From positions 1 through 33,103 of the forward strand of contig JAYUQR010000066.1 of NCBI GenBank assembly GCA_043756665.1: a stretch of 33,103 nt of DNA, given 5' to 3'. How positions within the stretch are numbered: position 1 is the first letter of the stretch; each line of letters begins with the position of its first letter. The stretch is from Candidatus Altimarinota bacterium (GTDB taxonomy: Bacteria; Patescibacteriota; Gracilibacteria; BD1-5; UBA2023). Positions 13,554-22,075 of this stretch are shown here, piece by piece. A program made the translations under genes and the position numbers. A model generated the notes under the pieces. It did not search any database and was not told where the DNA came from. It saw only the letters and a list, made by a program, of their open reading frames with translations.

Positions 13554-14117
13554 ATGCTTACTGCTCTCAAGGCTCGAACTGGTACCGTACTCAAGATCGA
13601 TGGTGGACTCTACCTTGTGGTCAAACACGAGATGCGTCGTGGTGGTCGTGGTGCGACCAATGTCGCGATGCGACTGAAGAATCTCATCATCGGAAACTCT
13701 CAGGATCGCGTCATGGACTCAGAAGAGAAGCTCGAAGATGTGAGCCTCGAACGAGCCAAGGCAGAGTTTCTCTACTCCGCTGGAGATACCTATTCATTCA
13801 TGAATCAGGATACCTATGAGACGGTCGATCTGCATGAGGATGATGTCGGAGACTCCGCACTCTACCTCACAGAGGGTCTCGTATGTGATCTCCAGACCTT
13901 CGAAGGGAAGTTCATCGGTATCGTCCTCCCACTCAGAGTCACGATGAAGGTCATCGAAGCTGAACCTGCAGTGTCAGGAAATACCGCAGATGGAAAAGTC
14001 GATAAGCTCGTGAAGCTCGAGACGGGTCTTGAACTGCGAGTTCCAGGATTCGTGAATCAGGATGAGTCGATCGTGATCAATACAGAAACCGGAGAATACC
14101 TCGAACGAGCGAAATAG
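13554..14117 (+). CDS. efp: Translation elongation factor P (Arg-type loop)
   Basis: 187 aa; YSFMNQDTYE, PAVSGNTA, KLETGLELRVPGFV, INTETGEYLERAK. Confidence 0.96.
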   Translation: MLTALKARTGTVLKIDGGLYLVVKHEMRRGGRGATNVAMRLKNLIIGNSQDRVMDSEEKLEDVSLERAKAEFLYSAGDTYSFMNQDTYETVDLHEDDVGDSALYLTEGLVCDLQTFEGKFIGIVLPLRVTMKVIEAEPAVSGNTADGKVDKLVKLETGLELRVPGFVNQDESIVINTETGEYLERAK

Positions 14118-14130
14118 AGCAATACTTTCG

Positions 14131-14157
14131 AATCTCTCCAGAAATGGAGGGATTTTT
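14131..14157 (+). terminator. Intrinsic terminator of efp
   Basis: AATCTCTCCA-GAAA-TGGAGGGATT hairpin followed by a T run. Confidence 0.75.
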
Positions 14158-14266
14158 AACAGACTAGTTCCGTTACTTTTCTGGCTAAATCGATCGCCAA
14201 TATTTGTATATTGCCATTACTTATGATAAAATCAGGTCATTATTACAAATTAATGAAATAGAGAAT

Positions 14267-17200
14267 ATGGGGACCAACCAGTTTCCCTCGGTCATAGGAA
14301 CCACAGTCAGTGACTGAGGGGTACAACAAAATCCCACAAACATAAGAATAGGGGGTATTTTAGAACAGACAAATGACAGAACTAACACTAAGAACAACAT
14401 AGATCAATATGCAGATAACCAAATTCAAAATGAAAAACAACTTCTTGCGAGTCAATATATCATATATCCTGCAGATCAGGTTTTGAGTATACAGGTAAAC
14501 ACTTTATTTCGGAAGATAAAAAATACTTCTCATTTACCTGATGTACAGATATATGAAGATAAACATAATAGTCCAAATGCATTTATATTTCCAGATGGGC
14601 AGATATATATATCGAGATGACTTCTCGATATATGTGAATACGAGGAAGAGATACTTGCGGTTCTTGCTCATGAGATTCGACACCATAAAGAAGAACATTT
14701 TGTGGAAAGAACAAGAAAAACAGAATCCAAAAAGGATGATTCCTTCTTTGAACAAATCAAAAATACTTCGGGTTTGGGTCTTTTGCAAGAATGGAGAGCA
14801 GATATTGGATGACTGATTGATCTTGATAATTCAGGTATAAACCCTTACTGAGCCGCGATATTTTTTAAGAAACTTTCAGAACTTCAAAGAAGGGCACAGA
14901 ATCATGATTTTTCCTTTACTCATGGTTCCAGTAATGATCGTTTTTTAAACACTCTATCAAGTGCACGTTTGTATGATTTTGAGCATATTTCTGAGGTAGA
15001 GCTCACTCCTTTTTCATCAAAAAACATACCTCTCTATGCAAATTCCAAAGTCAGAGCAATAGCTGATATGAGCAAAATACTTTCTCCTTACCCTGCATCA
15101 GACCGAATGTGATTTGATCTCAAAAAGAGAGAGATGGATAAGCTCACTATATATCAAACACTGATGGTTCTGCCACAATTGAAATCAAGAATTGAAGAAC
15201 TCTACGGCCCTAAGGTACTCAATTCATCTGGAACTACAATACTGAGAGAGGATTTACAAACACTTTTAAAACAAGCACTCAATACATTGGAGAATAGTAT
15301 ATTTTCTGACAACACTTTTTCAGTAGAAGAACAGTCATATATTTTTGGTTCCATGGTAGAATTGTATACTCCAGATCTCATAGGTGGAAATATTGGATTT
15401 TGAGAAGTATTATTTCAAGATATTCGCTGAGATCTGGAAGACATACTTATAAAACTCGATGTCATTACTTGATTCAGAAAGCTTGGTGATTATCTTCATT
15501 CCCAAGGATTATTCATTACAAAAACCCCAGAAAATTTCACTAAAATACTCATCAAAGCTCATGTAAACGCTGGTACTTTTTTATGAGCTGATAAGAAATT
15601 TGATTATGATACATTTCTCAAATTCATCGAACAGTATTCTAAAGCAGTAGAAGACTTGTGTAGCAAATGTGCGACAAGAGACTCTCTCTATGATAGAGAA
15701 GGATTGATTCGCATACTCTGTACATGAGTTATTGGCGAAGTGGAAAATGAGTCAAAACTTGCCAAATTTGCATGGGAAAACTTCAAGATCAATATCGTAG
15801 AAGATCATTCCGACACTACCACAAACTCAGAAAAGACAGAGAACATTGACGGTTGGGAACTCCAGTTTGCACAAAAAATGCAAGAAAAGGACTATGGAAA
15901 AGCTATATCTATATTAATTAGCGAAATAGAGTCGACGTGAGAATGTGGCGATAATATCATTCATTTTGCCACAAATATACTTGATGAACTCAAAAAACTC
16001 CCACCAAATACTCAACTCAAGGATCGATACGATAGTCTTACGAACCTTATTGCTCAGAAACTCATAAAAAGAAATCCCTTAGAATTTATACACATAATTG
16101 AATCCCTGAGTAAGGAATATCCTGATAAGCTCACTCTTGGGGATATTCTATTTACTACGTATGATGAGATTGAATACTTATCGTATACCGATATAAAGAA
16201 AGCGTATGATGCAATGTTTAGTTTTGATGGTCAACAGAAACCTCATTGAGATGAAGACGCCCTCAATCAGATTTTTGAAGATAGTGTATATATTCTCGCT
16301 CTGCGGGCTATTCGAGAGGAAAATAGCCTCGGAAAAGCCACTGAAATTCTTAAAGCCGGTGAATGAGATAGGATTGTACGATACAATAACAAAAGTATCA
16401 TCACTGATGAAACTCCAGAAGGTGTATATAAGTCATTTGTACATAACATAGAAAGTGGAAACGATGAGGAAGAAGATTATCCAGTAAATACTCTCCTACC
16501 ACTACCACTACAACTTGCAACGGAATATCTCAAATATATTCCCGATATCATTACTGCATCTTCTATTAACCACCTCTGGCAAGCTTCCAAGTTTTTCCAA
16601 GATAAAACCTATCAGGAGGGTCTTCAGAAAGCTCTCATGGATCGAGTACTTGATACCCTGAGTTTTGAAGATGGTTTCGTTTTCGTCTTCGACAATGATG
16701 TACCACTGGAAATGATCGAGCGTTTTATCGATATACGAGCTAAAACTCACGAGCAGATTGAGCGATGCAAACAGGAGGTACTCAAAAAAATTCAATTTGA
16801 AGGAAAAGAGGGAAACATAACGGATTACTTCATAATCTATCAACTGACAGAAAAACGGAGTAAGATAGATATCTTGTTTCTGGCACTTTGAACAGGGGAA
16901 GATGATATGGCACTAAAAACTCTTGCCTTCAATGACTATCATAGTTATGTATCAACAGGGAAAGATATTGCGATTGAATGTGAAAAACTCTATATGATGT
17001 CTGAGACGTCCAAACATATTTTACTCAGGACGCTCTTAACAGGGAAGTGAGGAGTATTGGAAGATAAAGAAAAGAGACAACTTCTCTTGAAACGATTAGC
17101 AGAGGATCATATACAAAATCCCGATGGAGAGATAGAATCTGAGGTACTGAAGATATTTTCTATGCTTCTCGAAGAAGGGAAAACAGAAGATCTCTATTTT

Positions 17201-18718
17201 ATATTCAGCTCTATCCTCCAAGATCGAATCTTTCGTCGTCCCAAAAAGCCAAGGAGTTATCTCGAAGTCATCAATAGGGATGATCATATAGATCAGTTTT
17301 TGCGTGAACAAATGTGAGATTATCGAGAAAATTTTTGAGATGAAAATAGTGCAATCGAAAGAGATTCTGGATATTCCTTCACGGTGGACTGAGTAGATCT
17401 CCAAGAATTATTAAAAGAAGATTTAACCATTAAATGATGGTATGACGAGTATATGTGCGATTGATATGAAGACGATAGTATGCCAAATGACATCGCAGAA
17501 TATAACGCTAAGGTAAAAATAGCGAATCAAGCACTTGGTCCAACAATAGCCAATCCGTTTAGTCAAATATATTCTCAAGCCGAAGCACTTTGTGGGGGTT
17601 TTGAATATGCTGAGTACCATGGAAAGATGGACGCCACTACACTCATAGTAAATATTGCTCGTCAACTCGGAAGCATCGGAATCCGCTTCCTCCAGATTAT
17701 GGGACAATATGTGGAGATCCCCGAATATCTACGAGGCTCATTCAATGATGTATATGACAATATCAATGGTCAATCAAAGATTGTAGCCCATACTACGCTA
17801 TTAAAAGCGTGGCCAGAATTTAAAGCAGGTATACAGGAGATTGGTGAGTGTATCGGATGAGGATCCATAACAACTGTCTACGTTGCCAAAAGTACCACTG
17901 GAGAAAATGTCGTACTCAAAGTTGTAAATCCAAGTTTCAAATTTCAGTATGAAAAAATGTTTGCAACACTCCTTCAAACATTTCAATCTCTTGCAAAAAG
18001 TGATGCAAAATATGAAACTGCCATACCTGTTATACATGATATCAAGCTTTGGATAGAAAATGATGTCAGTTCAGAAAATTTCATAGAAAATGATGCTCAA
18101 TTTTATAAAAAATGGAATGGTTGGAAAAATCATAAAAAAGATCGTTATAGTATACGAATACCAAAATCTCTCCCACCTGGGTCTGAAAAATTTAAACAAG
18201 AGGAATTCATCGAATGAACCAATCTCACCAAACTCGAAAGCTTACAAGAATCAGGGCATGATATTCAGGCAGTTATAAGAATAATTATAGCTCATTATAT
18301 TGCACAAATAAAGGACGGTATAATTCATTCAGATGCACATGCTGGAAACTTTCGTATCACCGCGAATAATGAAATTGCTATTCTCGATAGAAGCTATTAT
18401 TTGGAAATTGGATTTGCAGAAAAAGTATTTTTACGATCACTTTTTGCCAATATCAATAATCCTCAAAAAACATTCGAAACACTCATTGGATATCTTGCAA
18501 AACTCCCATGAAATGAAAATGTCAATTTTAGCTGAATCGAGTCCTCTATGGAGGCACTAAGAATCTCAGTAAGCACTCCTATGCAAAAAATATCAGATGT
18601 ACTTGTACTATTGCGAAAAAATCAGGTGTATATTCCACTTTGGATGACACTTCTCCTCAAGAATATAAATGCACTCTATGATTTGGCAAACAAGGTGGGA
18701 ATTTCCATGGATATTTAG
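14267..18718 (+). CDS. 1483-aa fusion: N-terminal M48-family zinc metallopeptidase + long unassigned middle region + C-terminal ABC1/UbiB(AarF)-like atypical kinase
   Basis: Read by hand as a single frame with only TGA interruptions, ATG 14267 to TAG 18716-18718. M48 motifs: SPNAFIFPDGQIYISRGLL, LAVLAHEIRH (HExxH 14669-14683), QEWRADIGG, GINPYGAAIFFKKL, FTHGS. Kinase motifs: LGSIGIRFLQ, IGGGSITTVYVA, VVLKVVNP, IRIPK, EEFIEG, IIHSDAHAGNF (18326-18349), ILDRSY. Confidence 0.85.
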
Positions 18719-18747
18719 ACATATCCCTAAATAACTCAGGCATATGT

Positions 18748-18891
18748 CTCCAATCTCTCATTTCTTCTCGGATCATCGCCTCTCACTCGGCTCGTGCAAC
18801 ATCAAAAAAACTCCTTGAGCGAGCAAAGAGAGCAGTAGAGATATATATCGAAGAAGATGAGGGGAATGCGGAGAGATTTCTCCGTCAGTAG
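18748..18891 (+). pseudogene. Start-less C-terminal remnant resembling an RM specificity (HsdS-like) subunit
   Basis: LQSLISSRIIASHSARATSKKLLERAKRAVEIYIEEDEGNAERFLRQ* resembles, from memory, the S-subunit C-terminal pattern SKxLLExAKRAVEIAIE. No start codon before the upstream gene's stop. Confidence 0.55.
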
Positions 18892-18910
18892 ATCATTCTG
18901 AGAAGTATTC

Positions 18911-18942
18911 AAAAAACTCTTATTCTTGCGAATAAGAGTTTT
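18911..18942. terminator. Bidirectional intrinsic terminator between the fusion gene/remnant and the tRNA pair
   Basis: AAAACTCTTATTC-TTGC-GAATAAGAGTTTT, a perfect 13-bp stem. Confidence 0.8.
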
Positions 18943-18951
18943 GACTTTTTC

Positions 18952-19035
18952 TGGTGCCCGAGATGGGACTTGAACCCACACACCTTTCGGCATACGCACC
19001 TCAAGCGTACGTGTCTACCATTCCACCACCCGGGC
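18952..19035 (-). tRNA. tRNA-Leu (GAG)
   Basis: GCCCGGGTGGTGGAATGGTAGACAC-G-TACGC-TTGAGGT-GCGTA, long variable arm, GGTTCAAGTCC, encoded CCA. Confidence 0.96.
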
Positions 19036-19160
19036 ACGCAAACGCAGTTTGCGAGATACACAGACAGAAGACAGAGACATAGGATTCTACAATGTTTCTG
19101 AGATAAAAACATTTCCAGTGTGTTTGTGTGACTGTTTGTGTTTGTCCCGCTTTGCGAGAC

Positions 19161-19236
19161 TGGTGCACCCAGTAGGGTTCGAACCTACAACCAACGGCTT
19201 CGAAGACCGCTACTCTTCCAATTGAGCTATGGGTGC
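19161..19236 (-). tRNA. tRNA-Arg (TCG)
   Basis: GCACCCATAGCTCAATTGGAAGAGTA-GCGGT-CTTCGAA-GCCGT...GGTTCGAACC...GGGTGCACCA. Confidence 0.93.
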
Positions 19237-19263
19237 GTTCTTTCCTTATCGGAATGCCTGCGG

Positions 19264-19291
19264 ATTATAGCAAGACGGTGAGAAAATGCAA
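19264..19291 (-). promoter_or_regulatory. Putative promoter of the tRNA-Arg/tRNA-Leu pair
   Basis: Minus strand TTGCAT-16 nt-TATAAT, with an extended -10 TGn. Confidence 0.65.
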
Positions 19292-19321
19292 ATTTTTTTC
19301 ATTTTTTAATATAGGAAGGTA

Positions 19322-20398
19322 TTATTGCATCTTGGCGACCATCACATCGAGTCTCCCAATATTCTCATCCAGCTCAACGATGAGGGACTCTCATCTTTTT
19401 GATGCAAGTTCTGTGTGTTCCTGTCATCCTGAACTTGATTCAGGATCTCATCCAACTCTCACTTTTTGAAGATCTTTCTGGGATTGTATCAATTCTTTCT
19501 TGTGTTTTTCGAGGAATGATCGCAGAGACTTCAGGGGTTCGACGATATCTTCTCTTAGGGAATTGATATACTTCTCAGAATCAAAGAGATTTCACTTATT
19601 GGCTCGTTTCTCGATTTTTTCAAGTTTGATCACGAGGGCAACTATCTGTGAGAACGTATTTGCAAGGGCATCGAAGCCATCAGAAAGGACTCGAAAATTC
19701 ATATCTTTCTGGAAGTTGTCTCGAATTACTCAAGACTCTTTCTCTATTTCAGGAGTGAGTGATTGGATCCTTTCTCAGAGTTTTATAAATCTCGTAAGTG
19801 GAAATATATGTTGAAAAATAATTATCAGGAGACTTCAAAATAAAAAATACCCCACGGAGAAAAGAATAAAAAAACCTATAAGAATCCATGCAAAAAGCCA
19901 AAACATAATGACATATCAGTATTCTTTTAGGCTTCTATATTTTGTTAGTGAAGGTATTCATATGAGTGAACTCAGGATCTCTTTTCATACAGAATTTACC
20001 TTTAATCATTCAGATAATATTCATAGAGGCACTAATTTTGATGAGTCATATGAATTATTATTTATGACTACTCATTTTTTTGTGAAAAGTATTTTTTGAA
20101 AGAGTGAAAACTTATATGTTATAAAAATAAATAATCAGATATAGCTACCACAAAATATATACGTTAATATTTCATCAATAATGCTATATATCTCAATTGA
20201 TCAGCCAAACATTTGTTGAAGATACAAGAAAAGGATATTCAGTGTTATGAATAACATTCATAACAGGATACCAAAGTAACTTAAATGAGAAAAGAGTGTG
20301 TTAAAATATTGTTTCCATAACAGAAAAGGTTTTATTATAAAGCCATACTTCTGAATTTTGTTTAATTCAAGGTTGTCTAAATTTTTTATTTCAAGCAT
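19322..20398 (-). CDS. Hypothetical membrane protein, 358 aa (about 4 N-terminal TM segments + coiled-coil C-terminus)
   Basis: Missed by the ORF track because of many TGAs. MLEIKNLDNLELNKIQKYG... is open to TAA 19322-19324; hydrophobic segments such as VIMFWLFAWILIGFFILFSVGYFLFGSLLIII. Confidence 0.8.
19423..19448. repeat. Palindromic REP/RPE-like element GTCATCCTGAACTTGATTCAGGATCT, in frame within a CDS
   Basis: 8-bp perfect stem ATCCTGAA/TTCAGGAT with a GTCAT terminus like the elements at 20467 and 31806. Confidence 0.7.
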
Positions 20399-20431
20399 GC
20401 TAACATATTACCATAAATGATTATTTTGTGC

Positions 20432-20459
20432 AAAAAATCCTCCATTTCTGGAGGATTTT
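20432..20459 (-). terminator. Intrinsic terminator of rpsA
   Basis: Minus strand AAAATCCTCCA-GAAA-TGGAGGATTTTTT. Confidence 0.8.
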
Positions 20460-20466
20460 AGGAAAA

Positions 20467-20490
20467 GATTCCTGCCTACGCAGGAATGAC
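20467..20490. repeat. Palindromic REP/RPE-like element GATTCCTGCCTACGCAGGAATGAC
   Basis: Stem ATTCCTGC/GCAGGAAT with an ATGAC terminus, lying between the rpsA stop and its terminator. Confidence 0.7.
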
Positions 20491-20497
20491 GAAAATA

Positions 20498-21622
20498 TTA
20501 CGCTTCGAGAGCTTCTGGTGGAACCTCAGGAACTTCAGCTGGAGGGACGTAGTTCGGATCGAGTGCCTTCAGAGAGAGACCGATACGTTTTGCGATCGGA
20601 TCGAAGGTGATGATACGAGCCTTCATCATCTCACCGACGTGGACCTTCTCCTCGAGACCCTTCATCATATCAGCCGTGATCTCAGAGAGGTGGATGAGAC
20701 CAGAGATGGCACCATCGAGCTCGAGAAATATACCGAACTGAGAGAGTCTGAGAATCGGAGCTTCGATAATATCACCGACTTGATATTTGTCAGCGAGGAC
20801 CTGCCATGGATTAGGCTTGAGTCTCTTGATCGAGAGTGAGATCTTCTCGCCTTCGATACCGATGACCTGAACCGTGACCTTATCTCCGATACGTGCATGT
20901 TTATGTGGATTATTCACATGTCCCCAGTCGATTTCTGAGACGTGCACGAGACCCTCGATACCATTGAATGTCACGAAGAGACCGTATGTGAGGATTCCAG
21001 AAACATGTCCCTCGACGATATCTCCGATCTTGATCGTTCCCATAGCCGCTGCGCGTTGTTCTTCGATCGCTGCCTTTTCTGAGAAGATGATCTTCTTTCC
21101 ATTCTGATCGACATTGATAACACGGACCTGGAATGGTTTTCCGACGAGTTTGTTCAGATGCTCGAGGATACGCTCTGGATTGGCACCTTCGACTCGAGGA
21201 TAGTTGCTCGGAGTGAGCTGTGAGACTGGGATAAATCCCTTGATCCCATCGAGATCGATGAGGAGACCTCCCTTATTTGCTTCGTTTGGTATAACGGTGA
21301 TGATTTCTTTTGTGTCGAAGTTTGAGTGGAGTTTTTCGATAAGTTTTGCCTGACTTGCTTTACGCAGAGAGAGGTGAATGAGTCCTGAGTGTGCATCGTC
21401 ACCGATGATGATGGACTCGATACGTGTACCTGGCTGGATATCGGATGTATCCTCAGTAGAGGAGTGCATATGAGACCCTGTAATGATACCCGTAAACTGA
21501 CCGTCGAGATCGACGAGGATCATTTTCTGGTTCGCGACGACGACCGTTCCTGCGATAATCTGTCCGACATTGAATGAATGGACAGGGGTTACCGTCAAGA
21601 GATCCTGAGAGAAATCTGACAT
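20498..21622 (-). CDS. rpsA: 30S ribosomal protein S1 (four S1 domains), 374 aa
   Basis: NKGGLLIDLDGIKGFIPVSQL, YGLFVTFNGIEGLVHVSEIDW, KISLSIKRLKPNPW, FGIFLEL...GLIHLSEI...RIGLSLKAL. Confidence 0.95.
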   Translation of the reverse strand: MSDFSQDLLTVTPVHSFNVGQIIAGTVVVANQKMILVDLDGQFTGIITGSHMHSSTEDTSDIQPGTRIESIIIGDDAHSGLIHLSLRKASQAKLIEKLHSNFDTKEIITVIPNEANKGGLLIDLDGIKGFIPVSQLTPSNYPRVEGANPERILEHLNKLVGKPFQVRVINVDQNGKKIIFSEKAAIEEQRAAAMGTIKIGDIVEGHVSGILTYGLFVTFNGIEGLVHVSEIDWGHVNNPHKHARIGDKVTVQVIGIEGEKISLSIKRLKPNPWQVLADKYQVGDIIEAPILRLSQFGIFLELDGAISGLIHLSEITADMMKGLEEKVHVGEMMKARIITFDPIAKRIGLSLKALDPNYVPPAEVPEVPPEALEA

Positions 21623-21654
21623 AAGAAATAAAAATTATAAAAATAAAAATAAAA

Positions 21655-21732
21655 TGGGGCGGCCAATGGGGCTCGAACCCACGACCTCCGGATTCACAGT
21701 CCGGCGTTCTAACCAACTAAACTATGGCCGCC
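21655..21732 (-). tRNA. tRNA-His (GTG) with encoded G-1
   Basis: GGCGGCCATAGTTTAGTTGGTTAGAACG-CCGGA-CTGTGAA-TCCGG-AGGTCGTGGGTTCGAGCCCCAT-TGGCCGCC-CCA. Confidence 0.96.
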
Positions 21733-21752
21733 ATGCTTTTGGAAGCCCGTAG

Positions 21753-21780
21753 AGTATATGAAAAGAGGGGAGAAATGCAA
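21753..21780 (-). promoter_or_regulatory. Putative promoter of tRNA-His-rpsA
   Basis: Minus strand TTGCAT-16 nt-TATACT, 20 nt upstream of the tRNA. Confidence 0.6.
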
Positions 21781-22075
21781 AATATTTTTGAGTTTTCTTC
21801 TTTTTTGTATATGATTCTGGTCCGGTGGGATGAAATACAGTGAGAATACTCTCTTTTTCTCTTATGGATGCGGTTGAGAGAGTGTACCAAAAGTTACTCT
21901 TAGAATCAGATACATTTCCCATTCGATTCCTCGTACAATAATCTCAGTATGAGTCAAGATATATTCTTGGTATTCCCTCTGAGAATATGATATTGTTTCC
22001 CTGTAGTATATTTTTGGTATAAGTTCTTGATATATAGTGGTATGTAGATGAGACGTTTATTCATAATCTCTCTTC

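Noticed and set aside
24-13628. Numerous minus-strand and off-frame ORFs (e.g. 1953-2696, 9737-10546, 10786-11412)
   Set aside because: Shadow frames overlapping well-supported genes, with no motifs.
16496-16513. CTACCA x3 microrepeat in the fusion gene
   Set aside because: Too short (LPLPLQ) to distinguish from chance.
14161-18960. Prophage or island att sites at tRNA-Leu
   Set aside because: Only a short TTTTCTGG match near 14177; no duplicated tRNA 3' end and no integrase.
18802-19469. Track ORFs 18802-18999, 18909-19112 and 19233-19469
   Set aside because: They overlap tRNA genes or are antisense to the real 19322-20398 gene.
21781-22075. Possible small ORF or ncRNA between tRNA-His and the 3D-domain gene
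   Set aside because: Short frames exist on the minus strand, but none has a recognisable motif or convincing start; one would overlap the tRNA promoter.
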